Assembly (NCBI GenBank): GCA_964645535.1
Contig: CAZYCQ010000040.1
Span: 1-30,551, forward strand
DNA: 30,551 nt
Source: an uncultured archaeon
Lineage (GTDB): Archaea; Asgardarchaeota; Heimdallarchaeia; Heimdallarchaeales; Kariarchaeaceae
Direction: 5' to 3'
Under the pieces are notes generated by a model. It made no database searches and was not told the origin of the DNA. It saw only the letters and a list, made by a program, of their open reading frames with translations. The position numbers and the translations under genes are program-made. Positions 6,830 through 16,104 of the stretch are shown piece by piece; within the stretch, counting starts at the first letter, position 1; each line of letters begins with the position of its first letter.

Positions 6830-9409
6830 ATGGCTACCAAACAAGCAGAAAAACCAAAGTCAAAAGCGGTATTCAATGTGTCAGGAATGACCTGTGCCTC
6901 CTGTGTGAATACTATTGAGAATTATGTGGGTTCGCAGGACGGTGTTGAAAATATCAAGGTCAACCTGCTTGGAGAAAAAGCGGAAATTGAGTTCGATCCC
7001 AACATTGTCAATCCAGAGGATCTGGAAAAATATATTGAGGAAGTCGGCTTTGAAGCTGAACCTGTTGAGGAAGCTCAAGACGGTTATCTCGAATTGGCTG
7101 TTGGAGGAATGACCTGTGCCTCCTGTGTAAATACCATTGAAAACTACGTGAAATCATTGGATGGTATTGAAGAAATCAATGTCAACCTTACCACGGAAAA
7201 GGCGAAGGTAAAATATGACCCCTCAAAACTTGGTGTGAGGGACATCGTTGAAGCGATCGAGGATGTGGGTTTTACTGCTTCTATCAGCAAGGATGATATT
7301 GACATTGACCGATTGAGCAAGACAGAGGAAATCAAGTACTGGAGAAAGAAACTCTATTGGAGCCTTAGTGTTGCAATTCCTGTTTTCTTTTTCTTCATGC
7401 TTCCTGGACTTCTGAAAATCGAATCCATTGTTCGCATCCATGAACTTGAGATAATTCCTAATCTTCCTCTTAAGTCATTCATCCTTTTCCTTGCCGCAAC
7501 CCCTGTTCAATTCTGGATCGGTGCCGGTTTTTACAAGAAGTCGTATGCCGTTCTCCGCCATGGATCTGCAACCATGGATGTTCTTGTGGCTTTGGGGACA
7601 TCAGCCGCCTATTTTTACAGTCTGTTTTCTATGATTTACCATATGATTGTCCCACAATTTGAATCTGAGGTTTTCTTTGATACCTCTATCTTCCTGATTA
7701 CATTCATTGTACTTGGAAAATATTTGGAAGCAAACGCCAAAGGGAAAACGTCGGCTGCAATCAAGGAATTGCTTGAAATGCAGGCAAAGGTCGCACATAT
7801 TGTGGAGATGGATGATGATGGTAGCATCAAATCGGAAAGGGAAGTGCCTGCGGAACTGGTGCAGGTCAATGACATTGTTAAAGTCTATCCTGGGGAGAAA
7901 ATTCCTGTAGATGGTGTTGTAATCCGAGGAACTTCTGATGTGGATGAGTCCATGTTGACTGGTGAATCGGTCTACGTAACGAAAACTGAAGGTGACAAAG
8001 TTGCAAGTTCAACAATAAATCAAGGGAGCGTGCTCTTTGTCAAAGCTGAAAAAGTAGGTGCCGACACCGTTATTTCACAGATCGTGAAAATGGTTGAAGA
8101 GGCGCAGTCATCAAAGGCTCCCATTCAGGCGATGGCAGATAAGATTTCCTCAATATTTGTTCCCGCTGTGGTGAGCATTGCAATCATTGACTTCATTGTT
8201 TGGATGATCCTGCTCAATACTGGGATTGTTCCACCAAGTTGGCTTCCTGCGGGCACCACCCCCTTCCTTTTCTCATTCTTGCTTGCAATCTCGGTAATTG
8301 TAATATCTTGTCCATGTGCTCTTGGATTGGCAACACCCACTGCAATTATGGTCGGCACTGGTCTTGGTGCAAAATATGGTATTCTCATCAAGGGTGGCGA
8401 AGCCTTGGAGACTGCAAGTCATGTTGATACCATTATCTTGGATAAGACCGGAACCATTACTCATGGCAAGCCCGAGGTTACTGATGTTTTTCCTTTTGGC
8501 ATCAATGAAGATGATTTGGTACGGCTTGCTGCATCTGCTGAAAAGGGATCTGAACATCCCCTTGGAAAGGCAATTGTAGCATACGCTATGGAAAAGAACA
8601 TCTCGGTGGCCGAACCGTCTGCATTCGAAGCGATCCCAGGAAAAGGTGTTCATGCAACTGTAGGTACACAAATCATCAAAGTGGGTAAACCTATGATGTT
8701 TGAGGAGACTGGTCTCGCTATTCCTGATGATGCTCAGCAAACCATTCTTTCTCTTGAAAATGAAGGAAAGACTGCGATGGCTGTGTCGGTGGATGATGTT
8801 CTTGTGGGTGTTATCGGTGTTGCCGATACCATCAAGCCTGAATCCCCGATTGCCATCAAGAAAATGAAGGAGATGGGATTGGATGTCTGGATGGTCACAG
8901 GGGATAATGAACGAACTGCCAAGGTCATCGCGGAAAAAGTTGGAATAACCAACATCATGGCCGGAGTACTTCCTCAAGATAAGGCAAATAAGGTAAAGGA
9001 ACTTCAAACTCAAGGAAGGATGGTTGCTATGGTGGGTGACGGTGTCAACGATGCACCTGCGCTTGCACAGGCCGATGTCGGCATTGCTATAGGTGCTGGA
9101 ACCGATGTGGCCATTGAAACCGCAGACATGGTTCTGATAAAAAATGACCTCCGTGATGTGGTTGCTGCACTGGACCTCTCCAAGAAAACTTTCAATAGAA
9201 TCAAACTCAACTTCCTTTGGGCATTTGTATACAATATTGCAGGTATTCCACTTGCCGCCGGTGTTTTCATTCCTGTTTTTAGATCCATTTATGGTACTAC
9301 AATTACTCTCCCCCCAGAATTTGCAGGAATGGCTATGGCCTTTTCCTCAGTTTCTGTAGTTACCAGTAGCTTGCTTTTGAAGAGATACAAAAAACCAAAG
9401 TTCGAATGA
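6830..9409 (+). CDS. copA: Cu(I)-translocating P1B-1 ATPase
   Basis: Two GMTCASC metal-binding domains, TGES, CPC, DKTGT, SEHP, GDGVNDAP, YN and MxxSS motifs. Start at 6830 chosen from the GGAGG RBS. Confidence 0.97.
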   Translation: MATKQAEKPKSKAVFNVSGMTCASCVNTIENYVGSQDGVENIKVNLLGEKAEIEFDPNIVNPEDLEKYIEEVGFEAEPVEEAQDGYLELAVGGMTCASCVNTIENYVKSLDGIEEINVNLTTEKAKVKYDPSKLGVRDIVEAIEDVGFTASISKDDIDIDRLSKTEEIKYWRKKLYWSLSVAIPVFFFFMLPGLLKIESIVRIHELEIIPNLPLKSFILFLAATPVQFWIGAGFYKKSYAVLRHGSATMDVLVALGTSAAYFYSLFSMIYHMIVPQFESEVFFDTSIFLITFIVLGKYLEANAKGKTSAAIKELLEMQAKVAHIVEMDDDGSIKSEREVPAELVQVNDIVKVYPGEKIPVDGVVIRGTSDVDESMLTGESVYVTKTEGDKVASSTINQGSVLFVKAEKVGADTVISQIVKMVEEAQSSKAPIQAMADKISSIFVPAVVSIAIIDFIVWMILLNTGIVPPSWLPAGTTPFLFSFLLAISVIVISCPCALGLATPTAIMVGTGLGAKYGILIKGGEALETASHVDTIILDKTGTITHGKPEVTDVFPFGINEDDLVRLAASAEKGSEHPLGKAIVAYAMEKNISVAEPSAFEAIPGKGVHATVGTQIIKVGKPMMFEETGLAIPDDAQQTILSLENEGKTAMAVSVDDVLVGVIGVADTIKPESPIAIKKMKEMGLDVWMVTGDNERTAKVIAEKVGITNIMAGVLPQDKANKVKELQTQGRMVAMVGDGVNDAPALAQADVGIAIGAGTDVAIETADMVLIKNDLRDVVAALDLSKKTFNRIKLNFLWAFVYNIAGIPLAAGVFIPVFRSIYGTTITLPPEFAGMAMAFSSVSVVTSSLLLKRYKKPKFE
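6883..7128 (+). repeat. 24-nt exact direct repeat shared by the two HMA domains of copA
   Basis: AGGAATGACCTGTGCCTCCTGTGT at 6883-6906 and 7105-7128. Confidence 0.85.
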
Positions 9410-9436
9410 AATGTGTTTGGAATTCAAAAATCAAAA

Positions 9437-9664
9437 TTATTCGATCTTGACATCAACAACCTTGTATCCAAGTTGGTTGACGGCATTGACTATTTCATCC
9501 TTATATTGGTCTGGTGATCCTTTGACATCTAGTTCACCTTTCCCACTTTCCCAATCCACGTTGACATTCTCAACGAAATCGAATTTGTTCAATCGTGCTG
9601 TAACGCTCTTAGAGCAGCTTCCACAGGTCATTCCTTCAATTTTGAGGGTCATATGTGTTGACAT
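9437..9664 (-). CDS. copZ: Copper chaperone, HMA domain (CopZ/Atx1-like)
   Basis: 75 aa; LKIEGMTCGSC; C-terminal AVNQLGY; convergent with copA; AGGTGA RBS upstream. Confidence 0.9.
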   Translation of the reverse strand: MSTHMTLKIEGMTCGSCSKSVTARLNKFDFVENVNVDWESGKGELDVKGSPDQYKDEIVNAVNQLGYKVVDVKIE

Positions 9665-9682
9665 GATTTCACCTATCTTGAT

Positions 9683-9704
9683 ATGATATGTTATCTTTTG
9701 ATAT
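9683..9704 (-). promoter_or_regulatory. Putative copZ operator, similar to the copA motif
   Basis: Minus strand reads ATATCAAAAGATAACATATCAT versus ATGTCAAAAAATGACATGTCAT before copA (18/22 identical). Confidence 0.6.
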
Positions 9705-9899
9705 GTTTTGCGAAATTTAAAATTTTAGATGTTTGCTACTCAACTTTGATCACTTTCAGAAGGGTCTCTGTTGGTGTTATTATAGCACAAAATGGAAACT
9801 GGCTTATGATTTGGAAATGTTTTCTTCAAAGTTGGAAGGAAACTCTAATAAGCAACACGTACAATTATTTATTATCTGCTCCAAGGGAGGGTGTTCACT

Positions 9900-11474
9900 A
9901 TGGATGAATCACGTGTAATTGGTGCTGTGCTTTCGAAAACGACTCCTTCTGAATTTCATTTCATAATAGACATAGAGCAAACGGAGAATAGGCCTGTTGA
10001 ATTGGGTGAATATGTTGGATTTTCTCTTTTCGACAGACCTGCGATCGGGGTGGTATCCGATATCGAAAGAATCAACGAAGAAATTATTGACAGTCTTGCA
10101 AATTCTCCTGCTTCAATCAACAGGATGAGGGAATTGGCAATGGAACCGGGAGCGGAGAAATTGGTTGCCACGGTCAAGGTTCAGGGATATGTGGAACCTG
10201 ATGGTCGTGTAATAAGGCCAAGGTTTCCTCCCCTGCCAGGAACCCCTGTCTTCAGGGATCCCAATGAGGAATTGATCACGGCAATGGGTCAGGGGCAAAT
10301 TGAAATCGGGAATCTGTTGGCCAATCCAGATGTGCCGGTGACACTCAATGTTCAAAACCTCCTGAGCCGTCATTTTTCTGTTCTTGCAGTGACTGGTGCA
10401 GGTAAAAGCTATACTGTGGCCGTTATCCTCAGCGAAATCATGAATAACTTCCCATATGCCTCCATAGTGGTCATCGACCCTCATGCTGATTATTTCTTCT
10501 TCAGAAATCTTTTCCCCAATAGAACCCAGATATTCACCCCTACCGGTGCAGACAACACGACTCGAATCCGTTTCAAGGTAAGGAACTTCAATTCAACTCA
10601 GTTGGCAGAGTTTGCAAACATTACCTCAAAGATGACCAACCTTATGGATAAATTTGAGGAAGCATACCAAGCCCTAATTCAACAAGGCGATGATTTTGAC
10701 TTCAATGACATCCGGCGATACTTGGAAAGCGTGAGAGGAAATGAGGATCTAAATTCAAAGGAACGTTCCTTTGCTGCTAACGCCCTGCGAAGGATGAGAT
10801 TCATTCCCGAAGAGGTCTTTTTGGATGCCACCGTTGAAACTGATCTCTACAATTCTTCTGCCCCTTGCTTGGTGAGTCCCGGACAGATGACCATCATCGG
10901 AACCGGTCTTCTGCCTAAACGGGGCAAGGAGGCATTGGTAAACCAAGTCCTACGACGTATATTCAATGGTGCAGTTGCCTTAAGACAAGGTTTGGATGAG
11001 CCCCGCGTACCCGGTCCTGTTTTGGTGGTAATCGAAGAGGCTCATCAGTTCGCACCACCTCAAAATACGGACTGCAAGGAAATTATTGCACAAATTGCTG
11101 CCGAAGGTAGGAAATTCGGTGTAGGACTTGGCATCATCAGTCAGCGTCCTGGAAAAATAGATGAAAATGTCCTTTCACAGTGCAATACCCAGATCACTCT
11201 CAAGATAACTAATCCAAAAGATCAAAATGCCATCGCCAATGCAAGTGAAACGATGTCCGCAGATTTCATGAAGGATCTTCCTGGATTGAATGTTGGAGAA
11301 GCGATAATTACTGGTTCTGCCATTGGCTTACCTTCCATGGTCAGTATCCGGAGGATTGATGTAAGCCGTGGAGGGGATGATGTGGATATCATAAGGGAAT
11401 GGACAGAAAGGGAAGAGGAAAATTATGATGTTGTTTCTGTGGAAGCTGAAGGCGATTTGGAGGATTTGGTATGA
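9900..11474 (+). CDS. herA: HerA DNA double-strand-break repair helicase/translocase
   Basis: N-terminal HAS-barrel-like region; RHFSVLAVTGAGKS (Walker A); VVIEEAH (Walker B); EGRKFGVGLGIISQRP; ATGA overlap with mre11. Confidence 0.92.
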   Translation: MDESRVIGAVLSKTTPSEFHFIIDIEQTENRPVELGEYVGFSLFDRPAIGVVSDIERINEEIIDSLANSPASINRMRELAMEPGAEKLVATVKVQGYVEPDGRVIRPRFPPLPGTPVFRDPNEELITAMGQGQIEIGNLLANPDVPVTLNVQNLLSRHFSVLAVTGAGKSYTVAVILSEIMNNFPYASIVVIDPHADYFFFRNLFPNRTQIFTPTGADNTTRIRFKVRNFNSTQLAEFANITSKMTNLMDKFEEAYQALIQQGDDFDFNDIRRYLESVRGNEDLNSKERSFAANALRRMRFIPEEVFLDATVETDLYNSSAPCLVSPGQMTIIGTGLLPKRGKEALVNQVLRRIFNGAVALRQGLDEPRVPGPVLVVIEEAHQFAPPQNTDCKEIIAQIAAEGRKFGVGLGIISQRPGKIDENVLSQCNTQITLKITNPKDQNAIANASETMSADFMKDLPGLNVGEAIITGSAIGLPSMVSIRRIDVSRGGDDVDIIREWTEREEENYDVVSVEAEGDLEDLV

Positions 11475-12868
11475 GATTTGTCCACACTAGCGATTGGCAC
11501 ATCGGTTATGCCCAATATAACTTGGAAGAACGGTTCAGTGACTTCTTCCGGGCTGCCTACTACTTTGCAAAAGAAGTTGTCAACCAAGTCAAACCTGATT
11601 TTATCCTGCATTCCGGTGATATTTTCCATCATGCCAAACCCTCTCCAGGGGCAATTAGGCAGGCAACCGCGATCCTGAAAATTTTCAAGAATGCAGGCAT
11701 TCCTGTTTTTCTTATCAGGGGAAACCATGATGCAAAAACAAGCAAGGAACTTGCATACGGGGGAACTTCCCTGAAGTTGCTTAGCGACCTAGGTCTGATT
11801 GAATATTTGGATGACATAACAGTTCATAGGGAGGATCTTGGTGTTTCTATCACGGGTGTTGGTCACTACTATGGAGACCGTGCCCAGAAGAGATTGAAAG
11901 AAGTGGTTGATCTTTCCAACTACCCTCCCGGTCATTTCAAAATACTTGCCGTCCACAACTTTATTGAGGGTCAATTGGACAATGTCTCAGAAACTATTTC
12001 CGTTAACTTGATCGATAGCCTAGGCTTTGATTATGTGGCTGGTGGGCATTATCATATCCCTTGGATCCGGGAAAAAATCAATGTTTGGGTTCCTGGAAGC
12101 TTAGAGACTACTTCGGCCAATGATTGGAGAAGACGGGACCAGGTCAATGGAAAGATCTCTCCCTATGCAACATATTACATCATTGACGCAGAAAAAGACA
12201 ACAATAACAGATGGAAAAAAGTCGTAACGGAAGGACGAGTCCTTGTCCGCCCCAAGATATCCATAGAAATCGAGACTGATTCCATAATGGCAGAGGACAT
12301 TCAGTCCCTTATTGAAGATGAGATAGAAAAGGCAATAAAAGAAATGGTTGCACATGTGGAAGCAAATGATGGTGACTTCCTTTCACGATATCCCAATTAC
12401 CGAAAAAACCAATTGACGAAGCCGATTGTACGGATAAAATCTAAAATCGAGCTTAGAGCAGATGAGCAAGCACTCTTGGATTTTGAAAGAATAAAAGACC
12501 GTTTCAATCTTCTAAAGCTGGATTTTGTAAATGAACAATCCGATGAAGAAAATTACATTGGAACTGACGGCACCTCAAATATTCCGATTACGGAAATAAT
12601 TAAGAATCTAGCTGAGGAAATTGGGGGAAAGGAATTGTATCCTTTGGTCCAGACTGTAATCGAAGAATTCAGGGATAGACCATCCAGTCGAGATTTTTCC
12701 GAAAATGAACTTGATTATTTTATCAAGCAGGCCAATACGATCATGGAAGAAAATATGATTGAAGAATCCCAGACACAAGATGCTCAACCATCTAGCGACA
12801 AACCAAAGAACATCCCCTCACAATCGGTTGAGCGTGTAGGTGGAACATTGGAGGATTGGCTCTCATGA
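11471..12868 (+). CDS. mre11: Mre11 nuclease
   Basis: HTSDWHIG, SGDIFH, GNHD, AVH and GGHYH phosphoesterase motifs; lies between herA and rad50. Confidence 0.95.
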   Translation: MRFVHTSDWHIGYAQYNLEERFSDFFRAAYYFAKEVVNQVKPDFILHSGDIFHHAKPSPGAIRQATAILKIFKNAGIPVFLIRGNHDAKTSKELAYGGTSLKLLSDLGLIEYLDDITVHREDLGVSITGVGHYYGDRAQKRLKEVVDLSNYPPGHFKILAVHNFIEGQLDNVSETISVNLIDSLGFDYVAGGHYHIPWIREKINVWVPGSLETTSANDWRRRDQVNGKISPYATYYIIDAEKDNNNRWKKVVTEGRVLVRPKISIEIETDSIMAEDIQSLIEDEIEKAIKEMVAHVEANDGDFLSRYPNYRKNQLTKPIVRIKSKIELRADEQALLDFERIKDRFNLLKLDFVNEQSDEENYIGTDGTSNIPITEIIKNLAEEIGGKELYPLVQTVIEEFRDRPSSRDFSENELDYFIKQANTIMEENMIEESQTQDAQPSSDKPKNIPSQSVERVGGTLEDWLS

Positions 12869-15684
12869 ATTACCTGAAAGTGGAACGTCTTAAATTGGAA
12901 AACGTCCGATGTTATGATTCCGAGGAATTTACATTTTCTGAAAACAAGAACGTTTTGGTTGGAACCAATGGTGCTGGAAAATCTACTGTCATCAACTCAA
13001 TCGGGATCGCCCTCTTCGGTACGGATTATCTCACAGGTACTGCCTTGAAAACCAGTGATCTCATCAAATGGGGTACTGACAAGGCTTCAATCTCACTTGA
13101 CTTTACGACCGAGAAGGGAAAATACAGATCCGTCTTTGAGATTGGACAGAACAAGAACAGATGGGTTCTATTTGATAGAAACCAATCAAAACCGAGACGT
13201 ATCACTACAAAGATAACTGAAACCAAGTCAAAAATCAGTGAGCTGATCGATCCCAATTTAGACGAAACTTCCTTCAAAAACGCAATTTGTAGCCCACAAG
13301 GAATGATTTCCTCTCTCCTTGACCAAAGTGATGGTAAACGAAAGGAACAAATCTACAAGATTCTTGGGGTGGATGTCTACAAAAAGATTGACGAAAATAT
13401 CAGAAAGCTCCTTCGAGAATTGAAAAATAAAAAGGAAGTGGCAAGCCGAGAACTGAAAGTCCGCAAGGAAAACCTGCTTGATAAAGCAAACATTGAACGC
13501 GATTTGCAAGCCAATGAGGAAAAATTGGCAAAAATAAAGGAGAAGCTTCCAGCCGTTCAAAAAGAAGCTAAAGCATTGACTCAGGAACTTGAACTGATGG
13601 AAAAGATGAAACAGGACTATTCTCTCACAGTCGAACGAATTGGCCAATTTAAGAAGGACATTGAAAATTTAGAAAGAAAGGTTCAGGAAACTATTTCTAT
13701 TTTAGAGACAAAAAAACAACAGACCAATATTTCCGCCGATTCCATGGAAGCACTTCAAGCGAATATTTCTGCAATTGAAAAAGAGCTTGAACAACTCAAC
13801 TCTTCGCGAAATGAAATGGAAAAGGCAAAGGGGCAATACTCAATCAAAAAGAATTCACTAGAAAACTTGCAAAGTGATCTTAAGGAAGAACTGAAAAAAC
13901 TAGATAAATTCATCTCGTCTCTTGAATCCATAAAAAAGGAGAAAGGAATCAAAAGTGCAGAAGACATCAGACAACAAGTTTCATCATTGGAAAGTGAGCT
14001 GAAGCTCCATTCCCAAGCAATTGAGGGCAAGAAAAAAGAGATTGCAAATAAATCCGAAATAATTCGTGAACTGGAGAAAAAGAAAAAGGAATATGAAAAA
14101 GAAATTTCCGAATTCAAAAAGACTTTCAAACAAAAGTTCGGTGTTGATGTTTCCCAAATCGAAAAAGTGAAGGGACAACTCACAAAGGAAAAGGAACAAT
14201 TGGAAAACGACCTTTCCATGCTCCAAACTAGGATTTCAAAATTGGTGAATGAAATTGGACAGATTAAAGGTCTAATGGATCAGAAACGTCAAGTCGTGGA
14301 TCTTCTTGAACATGCAAAAACATCCTCCACTGACCATGCCGAATGTCCGACATGCAAGCAGTCTCTAAAGGGTGTGGACTTTAATCAATTAATTGATATG
14401 CATAATGCTGAAATCAAAACACTTCGAACCAATTCAGTGGATCTGCAACAAAAGAGGAAAAAACTGGAAACGGAAGAAAAAGCAAAGGAAAAGGTCATTG
14501 ATGAACTCCAACAAAAACTCTTCTCCCTAGAAGAAATGGCAGCACGATCCATAAAAATCGACCAAAGAGAATCTCAACTCCAAGCAATTCTCGATGACCT
14601 TACAAAACGAACTCAGGAACAAGATGCCTTGAAAACAGATCTTGATAAACTCCTTCGAATTGATATTAAAACAAAAGAGCAACATCTGGTGAACCTCAAA
14701 CACACGTTGGAATCTTTTGAACGTCTCCAACAAGACATCCAATCTCTAACTGGCAAGATTGAAAGTCATCAATCCCAAATCAAAGAACTTCAAGAAGAAT
14801 TGGATAAGATAAAGATTGATGAAATTGAGAAATCCATAGGAACATTAACTGACAAATGGAACAAAAAAAATGCCTTGCTTAAAGTGCATAATGACCTACG
14901 TGTCTTGTTTTCACAGGTGGAAAATCATACAAGTCAAATAGAGGACAAGAAGAAACAACTTTCTGCATTCGAAAAGAAATTGGGCAGTTTTGATCCAACC
15001 CTCTTTTCTGCCGAGAAAATTGATGCGGCAAAGAAGAAACTAAGTCAAATCCAGCAAACTTTGGGACAACTGAAAACGGAGTTAAAACAGTTAGAAAAGG
15101 AAAAGATACCTGAGCTTCAAAAGAATCTTGAAAAGGCCAAGATTCAAGAGCAGGAAATCGCAGATCTTACGATAAGGATTGATGAGTTCAATATTGCCTT
15201 AGAAAAATACGAACTCATTCAAGAGGTAATTCAAAGTGTTCCTCAAACGGTGCTAAGGCAGATAACTGATACTGTCTCCAATATGACAACCCGATTGGTT
15301 CAAAGATTCCTGCCAGACTATGGCTTTTCACAAATTCGACTGACTCCTGACGGTGGTCTTACAATCATAAGAAATGGTCACCAGGTTTCCTTGAATTCTT
15401 TGTCTGGAGGAGAAAAAACCGTTCTTGCTTTGGCTCTTAGGACTGCCTTGGCTCAAAAAGTCGTCCCCATAAACTTCATGATTCTTGATGAACCTACTCA
15501 ACATCTTGATCGAGTAAGAGTAGAGGAATTCATTGAAGTGATGGATCGAGGGAATGTTTTTGGCGGATCCAATGGTCAAATGATCCTTGTGACACATGTG
15601 GACGAATTCAAAAGGGTTGCAGACCGTGCTCTTGAGATTGATGCATCAAACAGGAACAAAAGAGTGGTGAAAGTGGTTTCTTAA
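12865..15684 (+). CDS. rad50: Rad50 SMC-like ATPase
   Basis: GTNGAGKS Walker A, Q-loop (SPQG), long coiled coil with central CPTC zinc hook, LSGGE, ILDEPT, VTH. ATG 12865 overlaps the mre11 stop. Confidence 0.95.
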   Translation: MNYLKVERLKLENVRCYDSEEFTFSENKNVLVGTNGAGKSTVINSIGIALFGTDYLTGTALKTSDLIKWGTDKASISLDFTTEKGKYRSVFEIGQNKNRWVLFDRNQSKPRRITTKITETKSKISELIDPNLDETSFKNAICSPQGMISSLLDQSDGKRKEQIYKILGVDVYKKIDENIRKLLRELKNKKEVASRELKVRKENLLDKANIERDLQANEEKLAKIKEKLPAVQKEAKALTQELELMEKMKQDYSLTVERIGQFKKDIENLERKVQETISILETKKQQTNISADSMEALQANISAIEKELEQLNSSRNEMEKAKGQYSIKKNSLENLQSDLKEELKKLDKFISSLESIKKEKGIKSAEDIRQQVSSLESELKLHSQAIEGKKKEIANKSEIIRELEKKKKEYEKEISEFKKTFKQKFGVDVSQIEKVKGQLTKEKEQLENDLSMLQTRISKLVNEIGQIKGLMDQKRQVVDLLEHAKTSSTDHAECPTCKQSLKGVDFNQLIDMHNAEIKTLRTNSVDLQQKRKKLETEEKAKEKVIDELQQKLFSLEEMAARSIKIDQRESQLQAILDDLTKRTQEQDALKTDLDKLLRIDIKTKEQHLVNLKHTLESFERLQQDIQSLTGKIESHQSQIKELQEELDKIKIDEIEKSIGTLTDKWNKKNALLKVHNDLRVLFSQVENHTSQIEDKKKQLSAFEKKLGSFDPTLFSAEKIDAAKKKLSQIQQTLGQLKTELKQLEKEKIPELQKNLEKAKIQEQEIADLTIRIDEFNIALEKYELIQEVIQSVPQTVLRQITDTVSNMTTRLVQRFLPDYGFSQIRLTPDGGLTIIRNGHQVSLNSLSGGEKTVLALALRTALAQKVVPINFMILDEPTQHLDRVRVEEFIEVMDRGNVFGGSNGQMILVTHVDEFKRVADRALEIDASNRNKRVVKVVS

Positions 15685-15962
15685 CCTCCTCCCGCTGGAG
15701 GAAGTATAACTATGGTGTCATTTTCCGCTAATTGTGTAGTTTCGATCTCACTGAATTGAACCTGCTCACCATTGAGGGCAAACACAAAATCATTTTTGAC
15801 ATTTCCGTCCTGTACTAGATGATCTGCCAGCTTCTCATGAATCTTGACCAACGAAAATATTGCATCTTTGACTGTGGCCCCCTCCTGAACTTCAATCTGG
15901 ATCTGCTTAGATCCAAGAGCCTCACGGATAAAGGCAAAGGATCGGACATTTATTTTCATCAT
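15681..15962 (-). CDS. MoaD/ThiS/SAMP-family ubiquitin-like beta-grasp protein
   Basis: MKINVRSFAFIREALG...ATVKD...ALNGE...DTIVILPPAGGG with free C-terminal di-glycine. Start at 15962 or 15959 rather than 16028. Confidence 0.9.
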   Translation of the reverse strand: MMKINVRSFAFIREALGSKQIQIEVQEGATVKDAIFSLVKIHEKLADHLVQDGNVKNDFVFALNGEQVQFSEIETTQLAENDTIVILPPAGGG

Positions 15963-16046
15963 GCATCTTTTGATTGTTAAGATAATTAACGATTCGATAC
16001 CCCCTTGAAATTTCCATCTCTTTTTCAATAGGGGTCTTCAGAACTG

Positions 16047-16076
16047 ACTAAAGAGATCTTTAGTTAAAGGTTTAAA
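16047..16076 (+). promoter_or_regulatory. Inverted repeat just upstream of a TATA-like box
   Basis: ACTAAAGA-GA-TCTTTAGT (16047-16064), then TTTAAA (16071-16076), about 30 nt before ATG 16105. Confidence 0.45.
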
Positions 16077-16104
16077 GCACCCAAGACCTATTATTTTGGT
16101 TGGC

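Noticed and set aside
8273-9013. 246-aa antisense ORF inside copA (similarly 4009-4647 and 22515-23171)
   Set aside because: Shadow ORFs of well-supported genes.
9900-15684. HerA plus nuclease as an anti-phage defence system
   Set aside because: Partners are canonical Mre11 and Rad50 in a housekeeping context; no Sir2, DUF4297 or other defence partner.
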